A stretch of DNA of 64,000 nt from an uncultured Nitrospinota bacterium. GTDB lineage: Bacteria > Tectomicrobia > Entotheonellia > J063 > CAVPRW01. The stretch lies in the NCBI GenBank assembly GCA_963707985.1, contig CAVPRW010000009.1, positions 1 to 64,000 of the forward strand. Reading direction: 5' to 3'. Position numbers and translations under genes: made by a program. Below the pieces are notes generated by a model, which was given only the letters and a program-made list of their open reading frames with translations, was not told the origin of the DNA and did not search any database. Positions within the stretch are counted from its first letter, which is position 1. Every line of letters begins with the position of its first letter. Positions 43,573 through 57,220 of the stretch are shown one piece after another.

Positions 43573-44082
43573 TCAACAGCCCACCCAGCCGCTCGTGGCA
43601 GCGGATGGGACCTTGCCGCTTGCACGGTAGGGTGGCGAGGGCCTCAGGACTACCTTGCCCTGCTCCTGGTGAGGCCGTTCTGTATGATAATGGGTGACGT
43701 ACTCATAGAGGGCGTACCTCAAGGATCGTTCCCCAAACGGAATCAGCCGCGACAAGACTTCGTCCTTAACGGAGCGTATCCAGCGTTCCGCATACGCGTT
43801 CAGGCTGGGGCTCCGTGGCGGTAAAGGGATCGACTTCGCTCCTACCGCTCGGATCGTCTGTTGAAACGCGGGACAGTACTTGCCGTCTCGGTCATGGATC
43901 AGATATTGTCCTGGAGTCAAGACGCTCCAGTCGGCCATCGTCATGTTGCGTGCGATCTGCGTCATCCAGCGCTGATCCGGGTGGGGAGTGACACCGGCGA
44001 GATGCACCTCTTGTATATTGACCCGGAGAAAAAGGAGGATGTAGTGGATTGCCAGGCTACACCATGTCAACACCTCAGCCAT
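43573..44082 (-). pseudogene. Integrase-core (rve) transposase fragment
   Basis: LIHDRDGKY, PPRSP.LNAYAERW.RSVK.E, YH.ERPHQ. Confidence 0.85.
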
Positions 44083-44159
44083 AAAGAAGTCAGTCGTGCA
44101 GGCAGTGGCAGGTGCAGAAACGCTAGCAAAGATATGAGTTTGAGTTTTTTTATCCTACG

Positions 44160-45030
44160 GGATACACGGTCATCGGCGATTTCGGTTGGGCGGCCGAGCT
44201 ACTGCGGCGGAGCGTGGAGGCGGCGGACGGGGAGTCTGGCACGCCCAGGACGGGCATGCGGATCCAGTCCCGGGCGTGGTTGACGCGGACCCTGAGCGCG
44301 CTCGGGGCCTTCACCGAGGGCTTACGCCACGGGGAGGAGGCGCTCCGCCTCGCCAGCCTCGACGGCCCCGGGCGATCACCGATCTTTGCCCACGGCTGTC
44401 TCGGCCTCCTGTACCTCGCCCGGGGGGACCTGGAGCCCGCCATCCGGGCGTTGGAGCAGGGCCTGGCCTTCTGTCGTACCTCCGGCACCCGGGACTGGTG
44501 CACGGCGGTCGTGGCCTGCCTGGGCTCTGCGTATGCGCTCCAGGGGCGCCTCACGGAGGGGCGCGCGCTGCTGGAAGAGGGCATCACGAAAAATCTCCGT
44601 ATCGACCGTCGGCAAAATCATGCTCTCTGGGTCGCATGGCTCAGCGAGGTCTGTCGTCTGGCCGGACATGGCGAGGAGGCCTGGCAGCATGCGCGCCAGG
44701 CCCTCGACCTGGCCCGGCAGCAGAAGGCACGCGGGGACGAGGCGCTGGCGCTCTACCAGCTTGGGCGTGGTCCAGGCCCACGCCGATCCCCCCGATGCCG
44801 CACAGGCTGAAGCCCACTACCAGCAGGCCCTGGCGCTGGCCGAGGCACTCGGCATGCGCCCTCTCCAGGCCCACTGCCACCTTGGGCTGGGCCGGCTGTA
44901 CGGCCAGATCGGCCGTCGTGAGGAGGCCCGTGTCACCCTATCCACCGCCATCGACTTCTACCGTGCCATGGCCATGACCTTCTGGCTGCCCCAGGCGGAA
45001 GCCGCACTGACGCAGGTCGAGGGGCGGTGA
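44160..45030 (+). pseudogene. TPR C-terminus of a large ATPase/adenylate-cyclase-type protein, 5'-truncated
   Basis: LGMRPLQAHCHLGLG, M.MTFWL..AEAAL terminus. Confidence 0.75.
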
Positions 45031-45426
45031 TGGACGATGGCGTCATCCTGATACCGGGGCTTGTACTCCTCCAGCAGGAGACTAGCGACCAACCTAGTGG
45101 GGGCATTGCCTAAGCGCCGGGCGAAGGAATCTGTCGCTGAGCATATCCCTGCCATGGTGGATGGATATATGTCTAACTACTTGAGCATGAAGAGTTCTCA
45201 TGGTGTATCGGCCGGAAATGTGCATCAATGCTTGCCGAAAACAAGTGTCGGAAAAGTCGGGGGCTTTGGCTCCACAGCAGTCAGCCGCAAAATCGCCGAT
45301 GCAATCGCCTGAAGAAAGTTGCTATGATAGCCTGACGCATCTAAGGGCTCCCCTTCGGTCATAGTGGAAGGCCTGTGGTCAAGGGATTGTCTGCCATGCT
45401 TCGCTCACCAACAGAGGAGGTCACGC

Positions 45427-46786
<1,360 letters not shown>

Positions 46787-46859
46787 GCGTGGGTCACGCA
46801 TCCACCGAGTGGCTATCGTCAGGACCGTTGAGGACTGCTCTGGTGCGCTTGTCCTGAGC

Positions 46860-47618
46860 TCAACCGCGGCCGACGAAGGGCATCTTGGTCGCCATCACCG
46901 TCATGAACAGGACGTTGGCCTCCAGCGGCAGACTCGCCATATAGAGCACGGCGCGCGCCACATCCTCCACATCCATCACCGGTTCGGGGGCAATGGTGCC
47001 GTTCGGCTGTGGGACTCCCTGGGGCATTCTGGCCGTGGCCTCGGTCAAGGCATTGCCGATGTCGATCTGCCCGCAGGCGATGTCATACTTCCGGCCGTCC
47101 AGCGCAGTAGCCTTGGTGAGACCAGAAATGGCATGCTTGGTGGAGGTATAGGGAGCGGAGTTCGGCCGTGGCGCAGACGCCGAAATGGACCCGTTATTGA
47201 TGATGCGCCCCCCACGTGGATCCTGGCTCTTCATGATTTTGAATGCTTCCTGGGTGCACAGGAACGGGCCCGTCAGGTTGGTTTCCACCACCGCTTGCCA
47301 TTGCTCGTAGGTGAGGTCTTCGAGCAGGACACCTCCCACCGCGATGCCGGCGTTATTGAACAGCACGTCGAGCCGACCGAACGCTTCCTTGGTCTTGGCG
47401 AACAAAGCCCGCACGGCAGCCGGATCACGCACGTCGGTCGGCACGATCAGCGCCTGTTTTTCCGGCACCCCTGACTCATTGACCGCCTGTGCCAGCGGCT
47501 CCGGGCGCCGACCAGCCAGCGTCACCCGATATCCCTCGTGCAAGAACGCCAATGCCACCCCCTTGCCGATGCCACTCCCGGCACCGGTGACGAGGGCGAC
47601 TTTCCCCTGTGGCTCCAT
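46860..47618 (-). CDS. SDR oxidoreductase
   Basis: [17 protein letters not shown]. Confidence 0.93.
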   Translation of the reverse strand: MEPQGKVALVTGAGSGIGKGVALAFLHEGYRVTLAGRRPEPLAQAVNESGVPEKQALIVPTDVRDPAAVRALFAKTKEAFGRLDVLFNNAGIAVGGVLLEDLTYEQWQAVVETNLTGPFLCTQEAFKIMKSQDPRGGRIINNGSISASAPRPNSAPYTSTKHAISGLTKATALDGRKYDIACGQIDIGNALTEATARMPQGVPQPNGTIAPEPVMDVEDVARAVLYMASLPLEANVLFMTVMATKMPFVGRG

Positions 47619-47638
47619 GTGTCCGTCTCCCCTTGCGC

Positions 47639-48445
47639 TCACGTGCCTACTTTCAATGGATTCGCCAACGCTTTCAGCATGGCGAGGGTCGAGAGATACG
47701 TCAGTTTTCCCGTGCGCGGGTTGGTCTCGCTCGGTTCATTTTCAAGATGGATGCTGAAGCGGCCGAATTCGCCGACGACCTCGATGTCATGCACATTACG
47801 CGTCCCCTGTGGGTCCACGAAAATGCGCAGGTGGGTGCGGTCGGGGCCTATTCCTGCCAGACTCAGCGCTGCGGAGATGTTGACATTGGCCGGAAAACCG
47901 CGGCAAGCCTCTCGGGCACTGCCCTCAAAGATTTGCGTGGCCTCTGTGAAGCGGTCGAGATCGATCTGGTGTTCGACGACAAATGGCGCCCCGGCCAGGG
48001 CCTTCGGGGGCTTACGAGTGGTCATGGTGACGGAGGTGATGTGGCCGATCGCGGCGCCTTTGAGGCCGTCGAGGCCGACAATGGCGCCCGATGGCACATA
48101 GATACGGCTACCCGTCTGCCGAGCCAACTCCACCCAGTCAGGGTGATCCAGCAATCCCCCCACGCTCAACACCAATAGGTCTCTGCCCTGATGCAAGGTG
48201 CAGGGCGCAATCGTCTCGAGAGCCTCCTGGGTGGCCGCCTCGATGACCAGCTCACTGTGGGCTACCAGCTCGTCGAGCGACAGCAATGGGGGTTGGTGGC
48301 ACAATTCCCGGAGAAAGGGTGCGGCTCGCTCAGGCTGACGCGTCGTAACTGCCACCAACTGCACCGGGACGTCACCCCGATCAATGGCCCGACAAAGGGT
48401 GCGGCCAATCGTCCCGAGGCCTACGATTCCTACTCGCATCTTCAT
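47639..48445 (-). CDS. nadX: L-aspartate dehydrogenase
   Basis: GLGTIG, PSGAI.GLD, FPANVN, NPRT. Confidence 0.88.
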   Translation of the reverse strand: MKMRVGIVGLGTIGRTLCRAIDRGDVPVQLVAVTTRQPERAAPFLRELCHQPPLLSLDELVAHSELVIEAATQEALETIAPCTLHQGRDLLVLSVGGLLDHPDWVELARQTGSRIYVPSGAIVGLDGLKGAAIGHITSVTMTTRKPPKALAGAPFVVEHQIDLDRFTEATQIFEGSAREACRGFPANVNISAALSLAGIGPDRTHLRIFVDPQGTRNVHDIEVVGEFGRFSIHLENEPSETNPRTGKLTYLSTLAMLKALANPLKVGT

Positions 48446-49142
48446 ACCTTCTCTACAGGACTCCAGACATGCTTGGCTCGGCTGGCGGCGGTCAGCTCAG
48501 ACTACTCGGGATGCCGCAGGGTGTCAAGGAAAAGACGAGGTATGGAATCCTACGCAGGAGGCGACCATGGCACACCGCAGACGAACGTCATAATCTTGCA
48601 GGAGCGTCTATGATGATCCTTGCGACACACTCTAATGGCGCTCTGTGATATGATTGCTGCATGTCTATGCCTTCCATCAGGCCCGTTGTCCATTGAGGGA
48701 TGGACATGGTTCAGTGCATATGGGCGATGACAGTGGTGCAGACATCATCAACCCGTTTGCCAGTCAATAGGCTCTCAATCTCAGATACATACTATCTTGA
48801 GCATTCCCGACCGTCGAATCGTCATGGTTGTGTAGATCTGAACATCTGCTTGGTGTACTGGTCGCATCTTCCGGTGAAACATCCATGAATTATTTCAAAG
48901 CGTTAACATGGAAGGCTCCTGGCGGCATATTTTTTGTCAAAGGACCATCGCACCGGGAGTGCAGGCGCCTGAGCTCGTGGCCTTGGGCTGCGACTTCCGG
49001 CTGCATCGTTGAAGCATGGCACTGGAAGCGAGGGCGGCCTGTTGCGGAGAAATACGACAAGGCCATACGATGCAGCCAGCCAATGGGGCAATGGAGGGGT
49101 GGGAACAACGGAGTGGAGATCTGGGTGCGGAGGGACAGGGCG

Positions 49143-50739
49143 ATGCAAGAGCGTTATGACGTTGTCGTGATCGGTTCCGGCTTCGGTGGCGCGATCACCG
49201 CCTGCCGGTTAGCCCAGGCTGGCCGCTCCGTCTGTGTTCTCGAGCGCGGCCGACGCTGGGGGAAAGCTGAGTTCCCGCGGACGATCGGGCAGCTTCGACA
49301 CGCGTTCTGGAACGAGACGGATCGAGGCTTCCTCGACTTTCGTAGCTTCCAAAACATCGATGTGATTCAGGCGAGCGGGGTGGGTGGCGGGTCGCTGGTG
49401 TACTTCAACGTCCAGATCGAAGCCCCTGAACGGACCTTTCAGCGTGGCTGGCCCACAGAGGTGTCCCGCCAGGTTCTCAACCCCTACTACGGGCTGGTCC
49501 AGGATATGCTCGATGCCGTGCCCCTGTGTCCTCCCGAGGGCCGAAAGCTGCCGCCTCGCACCACAGCCCTGCGCGAGGCCGCCCAAGCCATCGGAAAACA
49601 GGCTGACCTGCTGAAGATTGCCGTCTACACCGGTCCAGACCGCCTGAATCCCCATGGCGGAGTCTCCCAGAGTGCCTGTGTATACTGCGGCAATTGCATG
49701 CTTGGCTGTCACGTGCATGCCAAGAATACCCTCGATCTCAACTATATCCCCTTCGCTGAGCGGCACGGGGCGTGCGTCTTTCCCTTGCATGAGGTGGAGA
49801 AGATCGAACCGACCGACACTGGGTACCGGGTGACCTATCGTAATCTGGAGACAGATGATCGTGGGACGGTCGAAGGCGCAGCGGGTGGTGGTCGCTGCCG
49901 GGACCCTGGGATCCACCGCGTTGCTGCTGCGCTGCCGGGATGAGCATAAAACCCTCCCCCATGTGAGCCCGATGCTCGGTTATCACTTCTCAGGTAACGG
50001 CGACTTTCTCTTCGCTGGTACGCGCCAAACCCCGCGGGATATCAATCCCAGCGAAGGACCAAGCATCACGGCCGGCGTCGATTTTTCTACTGACGAATAC
50101 AAGATCTTCATCGAGGATCTCGGTTACCCCGAGCCCATCCTCTGGTACCTTGAAGGGGCGATTCCTAATGTCGACCGGACGATCAGTGTCCTCAAGTTCA
50201 TCAAGACCTACGTCTTACGCGCCCTCGGGATCGCGCGGTCTACTCCCCTTGGAGGCATTGCCCCGGAACTGCTCCAGGGAGATCTCACCACCAGGTTCCT
50301 TCCCTACCTGGGGATTGGGACGGATGCCGCCGACGGCCAGATCCACCTTCAGCGCGGCAGAGTCGACATCGCCTGGAACGTGCGACGGAGCCGCAAGATG
50401 TTCCGACAGATGGAGAACGCCCTTAACGCTCTTAGTCGTGGGATCGGCGGCAAATACCAATCCAGTCCCCTGTGGCTCTGGCCTTTCCGAAAACTCCTGA
50501 CGGCACATCCCTTGGGTGGCTGTCCCATGGGGAATACCCCGGAGGCAGGCGTCGTGAAGCATACCGGTGAGGTGTGGGGCTATGACGGCCTGTACGTGAT
50601 AGATGGCTCGATTGTCCCGACAGCCTTGGGAGTAAATCCTTCGATGACGATCGGCGCCTTGGCCGAACGGGCATCCTTCTGGATGATCCATGGTCGGGAC
50701 ATGAGCGCAGGTGACCTCCAGACCCCAAGTAATCATTGA
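49143..50739 (+). CDS. GMC oxidoreductase, cholesterol-oxidase-like (frameshift near 49880)
   Basis: GSGFGG, GVGGGSL, AHPLGGC, GVNPSMTI. Confidence 0.9.
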
Positions 50740-50916
50740 TGTGGCCGTTGGCATCCATAAAGAAGGGAGTCGCGGTACCATGCAGGCTGTCTCCACTCCC
50801 ATATTCCTGGCGGTGGTATGACCTGATTCAGTGCTCTCAGAGCTGGTCCGTGATATATTAGGGGAGCTATCACATTCCTCGTGGCTGAGCACACCTTAGG
50901 GCAGAAGGGGTTCCCC

Positions 50917-51889
50917 ATGATCGCGATTCGTCCGATGACAGCCGATGATAATCCGCAAGTGGAGCGCATCACCGATGCGGCTGCCGCCGCCTGGCTAAAG
51001 TTAGATCGAGACACCGGGCTCAACCCGTTTGAGAGCCGGTTGATCGCTAGCCGTTTCCAGAAGGATCCAGCCGGCTGCTTCGTCGCCGAAGATCCCACCC
51101 GTGGTGTGATCGGGGCGGTGCTATCGATTGCCTGGGGGAGTGTCGCATGGCTCGGACCACTGGTGGTGCATCCCGAGTTCCTGGGACAAGGCGTTGAGCA
51201 TCAGCTCCTGCAAGCGCTGCTCCAGTATTGGGAGCCGATGATGCTCTCCGCGCAAGGCCTGGAGGCCGATCCGGCCCTTCCGGCTGAGATCGAATTGTAC
51301 GCCTCCGTCGGTTTCCGCCCGCAATTCCTCACCGCCACGCTCATCGGTGCCGTCGATCCCGATGGACCACGAGAACCTATCCGCCAACGCTCCCCAAGCT
51401 TCGAACTGAGTCGCCTGTCGCAGCTGACCGGCACCTCTGGAGGAAACCATGCTGGCGAATTGCCGGCGCATCTCCGAACGCCATTATCCGGGATTGGATT
51501 ACAGCAAGGAGATACAGAGTGTCAGCGAGCTGCACCTTGGTGATACCCTCTTGCTAGGGGTGGGGGAGCGGCTCTATGGCTTTGCCATCTGCCATACGGC
51601 GACCGGCAGCGAAGCGGATGCGGACAGTTGCTATGTCAAGGCCCTGCTCATCGATCCAGCCATTGACGATCAGGAGACACTGCTGGCATTAGTGGAAGCG
51701 TGTGAAGGATATGCACGGACACAGCAGCTGAAAACGGTCCGCCTTGGGGTCAACCTCGCCTGTTGGGAGGGCTATCAGGCGGTGGCCGCACGCGGATACC
51801 ACATGCGACTCTTGCGGCTGCGGATGGTACGCCCCATAGACGATCTGCTCAGCGATCCCTCGCCGTTTCACTTCAACGATTGGCGTTGA
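50917..51889 (+). CDS. Tandem GNAT acetyltransferase (frameshift near 51440)
   Basis: GPLVVHP..LGQG, LYA..GF; second GNAT-like domain. Confidence 0.8.
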
Positions 51890-52012
51890 GGCGCGAGTCG
51901 AGGCAACTTCTTCGCCCTCACGTGCAAGGGGCTCCGATGGGAGGATGAGGCGCCATGTGTTGGCTTCATCAAGATGACGCTGGCACGGGCCAGGATGAGG
52001 CGTGAGCGCCCC

Positions 52013-52801
52013 TTACTGGACCAGTAGGAAGTCCGTCACCACCTCCACGAGTTCATCGTCTTTTTCATATGGCAGCATATGGCTGGCTCCTGTCAATAGA
52101 ATCAGACGTGCTCTGTGGATGCGTTTCAGGAAGGCCTCGCCATAAATCGGCGGCACCAGCCGATCGGAGGCCCCCCAGAGCAGCAGGGTGGGGGCAACGA
52201 TGCGATGGATGCGCTTCTTCAGGCCTTTATCAGGGATGGGCCAGAGAAATTTTCCTGCCGCGCTAAGGTTCTTGGTGCGCTCCAGCACTGCTTCCAGTTG
52301 TGCCGCAGAGTCGGAAGGCAACGTCATCAGCTCTTTAGCAATGGCAGAGCCAGGGTCGTGGAACATCGCTGTCGCCAGTTCTTCCGGCGTGGCCGCAAAG
52401 AAGTCTAGTACTGGGTGGTCGTCCAACCACAGGCCAACGGGAGCCACGAGTACCAGTCTGCTCACCACATTCGGCGCGATGGCCGCCACCTCGGCAGCAA
52501 TCATGCCACCGAGCGAATGACCCACAAGGTAGGGTTGATCCAGCCCCAGCGCTTCAATGAACTCAGTGTAGTACAGGGCTAGATCGACAACATCGTCCAG
52601 GTGTTCCAACCCCTCCGAGCGCCCGAATCCCGGATGATCCGGCACGATGACGCGGAAACTGCGGGCCAGGTTTTCCAGAAATGGCGGCCAGCCCTGTATA
52701 CCGCTCATGCCGTGGAGGAAAAGCAAGGGGTCACCCTCGCCCTCGATACGTACGAAGGTTTGGAAGAGTCCGCTCCGGATCGATACCAGACTTTCGATCA
52801 T
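52013..52801 (-). CDS. Alpha/beta hydrolase
   Basis: LHG, GHSLGG, WG..D, H. Confidence 0.92.
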   Translation of the reverse strand: MIESLVSIRSGLFQTFVRIEGEGDPLLFLHGMSGIQGWPPFLENLARSFRVIVPDHPGFGRSEGLEHLDDVVDLALYYTEFIEALGLDQPYLVGHSLGGMIAAEVAAIAPNVVSRLVLVAPVGLWLDDHPVLDFFAATPEELATAMFHDPGSAIAKELMTLPSDSAAQLEAVLERTKNLSAAGKFLWPIPDKGLKKRIHRIVAPTLLLWGASDRLVPPIYGEAFLKRIHRARLILLTGASHMLPYEKDDELVEVVTDFLLVQ

Positions 52802-52849
52802 GGATTCGCTTTCTGTGTTGTCGATATCGCCGCTGACAGCGTGCCTGAT

Positions 52850-53068
52850 CTACAGGCGAGAGCGCTTGAGCAGAGCAACCAGCCCGCTTGCAAATGCTTT
52901 GCTGGCCGTAGAAGATGTACCGATGATCAACCCCAGGATGAAAGCGGCCAGTACGCCCTCCTTGGGATAGCTCCTCACCCAAGACAAGGCCTGACCTCCG
53001 GTCGCAGCCGCGCGCAAGCGTGCCTTGGCGTCCTCAGGATTCAACGGCTGAGCCGCCGTGCGCTCCAT
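52850..53068 (-). CDS. Small membrane protein (YqjK-like position)
   Basis: Third gene of a DUF883 cluster. Confidence 0.55.
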   Translation of the reverse strand: MERTAAQPLNPEDAKARLRAAATGGQALSWVRSYPKEGVLAAFILGLIIGTSSTASKAFASGLVALLKRSRL

Positions 53069-53316
53069 AGCAATCCTCCCGACATGAGCAGGGTCACCAG
53101 ACCTGTGATCAGGGTGGCCGTGGGCGGGCTCAAAACGATGGCCAGGTAGAGGTAGAGTGCCCGAAGAATCAACCCGACACCCACCAACATCAAGGTCCCA
53201 GCTGTCCCCAGGAGGGCCAAGCTCAGACCGAGGCGGAACGACCCCGAACGCAACGCCCTAGCCTCAGCCTCAAGGAGCTCCAGGAGGGCAATGATCAGCT
53301 CGGCCAGGCCTCTCAA
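53041..53316 (-). CDS. YqjE/holin-like membrane protein
   Basis: Two TM helices, follows the DUF883 gene. Confidence 0.7.
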   Translation of the reverse strand: MRGLAELIIALLELLEAEARALRSGSFRLGLSLALLGTAGTLMLVGVGLILRALYLYLAIVLSPPTATLITGLVTLLMSGGLLWSARRLSR

Positions 53317-53319
53317 GAC

Positions 53320-53634
53320 CTACCTCCGCTGCAGGAATTTGCCCACCAGGAGTCCTAGCCCAAATGCTGCCAGAAGGCTGACCAATGGTCTATCCGTCAA
53401 CAGCTGTTCGACAGACTCAACTGTCCTCAGGCCCTGTTCTCCAGTCTCGTTGAGTGTCTCGCGCAATCCCCGCCCAAGGTTCCGAGCCTCGGTCCTGACT
53501 CTATTTCTAGCGGTGCTGACCTCGTTCCTCCCCGTATCGATGAGTCTTTGCGTCAGCTCGGCGATGTCCGAGCGGAGTTTTGTGAGATCTTCCTTCACGG
53601 CATCCAAATCCTTTTGCAGATCACGTTCTGCCAT
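53320..53634 (-). CDS. DUF883 (ElaB/YqjD) family protein
   Basis: C-terminal RPL.SL.AAFGLGLL.G...RR. Confidence 0.85.
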   Translation of the reverse strand: MAERDLQKDLDAVKEDLTKLRSDIAELTQRLIDTGRNEVSTARNRVRTEARNLGRGLRETLNETGEQGLRTVESVEQLLTDRPLVSLLAAFGLGLLVGKFLQRR

Positions 53635-53836
53635 GAGCCTTACCTCCATTCACGAGAAGACTCCTCTCCAGGCCATCGCCTGCACCGCTGGGTATCCCCG
53701 CACCGACAACGGCATCGGCTCGCACTGCTTGTCGTACTCGATCTATAGCTCGCGGATCGACTGGCGAGCGACGACCCCATCAGACTTTGAAGAGATCGGC
53801 CTTTTCCCTGAGGAACGTTGCCTCGTCTGTCATCTC

Positions 53837-55534
53837 TCACTCCTCCGGCAGCAGAAAATCAAAATCGCAGCCGCGATGGGCCTGCAGCACATGGTCCAGG
53901 AACAGTTTACCATAGCCGCGCGCATACGCGGGCGGTGGGGGCTGCCACTGCATGCGGCGTGCATTCAGCTCATGGTCGGGGACGTGCAGCTCGAGTCGGC
54001 GATGCGGCACATCGAGCTCGATCTCATCGCCACTGTGCACCAGTCCAAGCGGACCGCCCAGCGCCGCCTCCGGCGACACGTGCAGGACAACGGTGCCAAA
54101 CGCGGTGCCACTCATGCGGGCATCCGACATTCGCACCATGTCCCGCACCCCTTTAGCCAGCAGCTTTTTGGGAATAGGTAGGTAGCCGGCCTCGGGCATT
54201 CCGGGGCCACCGATTGGGCCGGCGTTTTGCAACACCATCACATCATCGGGACCAATGTCGAGGGCTGGGTCGTCGACGCGCGCCGCCAGATCTTCCAGCG
54301 AGGTAAACACCACGGCCCGTCCCCGGTGTTGCAGCAGCTGTTGGGAGGCGGCGGATTGCTTGATCACAGCGCCGCTAGGCGCCAGATTGCCGCGCAGGAT
54401 GGCAAGGCCCCCTTCCGCCTTGAAGGGCTTCTCGAGGCTGGCGATGACCTCACGAAAGTGCTCAGCAGGCTGGATCGCCTGCAAATTTTCGTCGATCGTC
54501 TTGCCAGTCACCGTCAGGCAGTCGCGATGCAACAAAGGCGCTAACTCTTTCATCACGGCGGGTATCCCACCAGCCTCATAGAGCTCTTCCATATGGAATT
54601 GTCCCGAGGGGCGCACGCTGGCCAACAATGGCGTGTCTCGGCTGAACTGATCAAAGCGCTCCAGGGGCAGGTCAACCCCGGCACGACCTGCCACGGCTGT
54701 CAGATGGATCACCGCATTGGTCGAGCCCCCCACGGCCATCAAGATGCGAATGGCGTTGTCAAAGGCCTCAGGGCTCAGAATACGTGAAGGTTTGAGGTTC
54801 TCCCGCACCATTCCAACAATGCGGCGTCCGCTCGTTTCCGCCATACGCATGCGCTCCGATAAGGGGGCGGGGATAGCCGCACATCCCGGCAGCGCCATGC
54901 CTAGGGCTTCGGTGAGGCTAGCCATGGTGCTGGCGGTGCCCATCACCATGCAATGGCCCGTGCTGGGACAGAGAGCGCCCTCGATCACGTCCAGTTCCTC
55001 ACGCGACAGCGTACCGGCGCGATGCTCCACCCAGAAGCGCCGGCAGTCAGTGCAGGCACCGAGGTGTTGATGGTCGTACCGCCCACTCAGCATCGGGCCA
55101 GCAGTGACCACGATGGCCGGCACATCCGCGCTGGCGGCCCCCATCAGTTGCGCCGGCAACGTCTTATCGCAGCCACCGAGCAAGACGACGCCATCGATGG
55201 GTTGCGCCCGGATCATCTCCTCGGTGTCCATGGCCATGAGATTTCTGAGCAACATGCTCGTCGGACTCAAGAACGTCTCGCCCAGCGAGATGGTGGGGAA
55301 TTCGAGCGGTAAACCTCCCGCCTGCCACACCCCGCGTTTCACCGCTTCCGCAACCTCACGCAGATGACGATGGCAGGAATTCAGCTCGCTCCAGGTGTTG
55401 CAGATGCCAATGACCGGCTTCTCCATGTCCTCATTGCTGAGACCCATCCCTTTGAGGAAGGCCCGCCGGATAAAGATGCTGAAGCCGTCGTCACCATAGG
55501 ACGTGAGCCCCCGCCGAATTCCTTCCACTGCCAT
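53837..55534 (-). CDS. IlvD/Edd-family dehydratase (sugar-acid or dihydroxy-acid)
   Basis: GGCDKT, GHCMVMGTASTM, GGSTNA, SDARMSGT. Confidence 0.93.
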   Translation of the reverse strand: MAVEGIRRGLTSYGDDGFSIFIRRAFLKGMGLSNEDMEKPVIGICNTWSELNSCHRHLREVAEAVKRGVWQAGGLPLEFPTISLGETFLSPTSMLLRNLMAMDTEEMIRAQPIDGVVLLGGCDKTLPAQLMGAASADVPAIVVTAGPMLSGRYDHQHLGACTDCRRFWVEHRAGTLSREELDVIEGALCPSTGHCMVMGTASTMASLTEALGMALPGCAAIPAPLSERMRMAETSGRRIVGMVRENLKPSRILSPEAFDNAIRILMAVGGSTNAVIHLTAVAGRAGVDLPLERFDQFSRDTPLLASVRPSGQFHMEELYEAGGIPAVMKELAPLLHRDCLTVTGKTIDENLQAIQPAEHFREVIASLEKPFKAEGGLAILRGNLAPSGAVIKQSAASQQLLQHRGRAVVFTSLEDLAARVDDPALDIGPDDVMVLQNAGPIGGPGMPEAGYLPIPKKLLAKGVRDMVRMSDARMSGTAFGTVVLHVSPEAALGGPLGLVHSGDEIELDVPHRRLELHVPDHELNARRMQWQPPPPAYARGYGKLFLDHVLQAHRGCDFDFLLPEE

Positions 55535-55731
55535 CGTGTTGCCTCCTTCTTGCCAAGCTCGCGGCCTTGTCATAGTTCCATGTCTGGGGAGAGTTGGATG
55601 GGGAAAATCGCGGCTCGTCGGCGTTAGGACGTGGGTTTGCCTGGGCGCATAAAGAGGGGTGGCCCCTTCAGCAACATCTCCTCCCAGGTATGGATATGGT
55701 TCGGGGGAACCTCCCCCTCAAGTTTGCATTG

Positions 55732-56130
55732 TCAAAACGTCGCCGCATGTTCGAAGAATGGCACGTCGACGCGTAACACACCGTCGCGGCGGGCGGCATC
55801 GACGACCTTCTGAATAACCATCTGCCGCACGAAGGGAATCGGAATGCGTTTGACTCGATGCACGACCTCATCCGTACAGCGCATGGCAGTACCCTCAAGA
55901 AAGGGTCCGTCCGCGGCGTCCATGGCAGGTGGATGCTCGCACGTTTCCGGGACAAGTTGCTGGAGTCGCAGCGCCACAAAGTCGGTGACCCAATGCTTCA
56001 GGCTTTCGATGGCCTCTGGTGCCGGCTCTGCAGGTCGGCTTTCCAGCTTGCCAGCGATGTCTCGCAGCAAGCTCTCTAGGCGATCCAAGCGGTTCTCCAC
56101 TGCTGCCAGGCGTTGTACCACATCTTCCAC
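55732..56130 (-). CDS. Hypothetical protein with PCP_red-like C-terminal motif
   Basis: RIPIPFVRQMV..KV...A. Confidence 0.6.
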   Translation of the reverse strand: MEDVVQRLAAVENRLDRLESLLRDIAGKLESRPAEPAPEAIESLKHWVTDFVALRLQQLVPETCEHPPAMDAADGPFLEGTAMRCTDEVVHRVKRIPIPFVRQMVIQKVVDAARRDGVLRVDVPFFEHAATF

Positions 56131-56302
56131 AGGGGCCCCCTTTCCGTGGACTTGTGTTTGCTGATGGGTGGGACGCCACGACCTTCTCCATGCTTGTGGC
56201 CGTGCATCGTTTGTTGTAGACGGTGCCTACACCCTGAGAGTCAACAGTATTGGCTGTGACTTATAACCGAATCTGCCGGCTGCTGTCAATGCGCACCGTC
56301 CC

Positions 56303-56956
56303 CTAGCGTTGGACCACCATAAACTTGGATTCCCATCGGTCCAGCATGCCATTCATCTCCACACCGACCACCACATCATAGCGTCCAGGCGGCGCTGACT
56401 GAGGTAACTTGATGGGCAACGTGCTCCAATACGTGCCATCCTGGCGCTGGACTTCTACCACCGGGTTGCCGACGAGCTCCCCCTGGTAGTAGATGTGCCG
56501 TATTTCACGGACGCGCAGGGGTTCTGTCCCACCCCTGGAGACGATCGCATATTGGACATTGACGTTGACGGTTTCCCCCGCATGAATCGACTGGGGGTTG
56601 AGACTGACTTCTTCAATGCGCACGACATTGCCTTTCTCATCGGTGTAGGCTATCGATTCAGTCGTGGCCGCACGCGTGCGCTCCTGTCGATCGAGCAGCT
56701 GACCGATGGCCCCCCCTGCCAGCACTCCTGTCAGACCGCCGATGAGCGCCCCAGTGCCGCCGCTGGCCAGACCACCGATGAGCGCCCCACCCGCCCCTCC
56801 TGCGCCGGCTCCGACAGCCGTCTTTGGATTCCCTTTGATCGCCCGCTCGATCGATTCGCACCCGTTCAAAAACGCCATGCCACCGGCGAGCAGCAGTACG
56901 CAGGCTATTTCTCTGAGAGGTTTCGGCTCAGTATCTCTCATCCCAAACTCCTTCAT
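56303..56956 (-). CDS. Glycine-zipper lipoprotein
   Basis: Lipobox-like LNGC, GALIGG repeats. Confidence 0.8.
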   Translation of the reverse strand: MKEFGMRDTEPKPLREIACVLLLAGGMAFLNGCESIERAIKGNPKTAVGAGAGGAGGALIGGLASGGTGALIGGLTGVLAGGAIGQLLDRQERTRAATTESIAYTDEKGNVVRIEEVSLNPQSIHAGETVNVNVQYAIVSRGGTEPLRVREIRHIYYQGELVGNPVVEVQRQDGTYWSTLPIKLPQSAPPGRYDVVVGVEMNGMLDRWESKFMVVQR

Positions 56957-57220
56957 GTATAGTGGCGATGAGGCCGGTGCGCTGCTGGTGTCACCATGCG
57001 TGTGATCCTTATGTGTTCAGAGAGGTAGAGCGTGGAAGAGACCTCATAATGTGCGGACCAGTGCAATATGCCATCGGTTTGACACCTCTGCAACTCTGCT
57101 GTAGCATGACGGGAGTGTCACCCAGCGGTATCCTGTACGGCAACACAGAGCGCATGGTCGCGCCAGTGAGCCCGCCCGGATGTGATCCCGAGCGGGGACC
57201 ACCGCGAGGGAATATTCTCT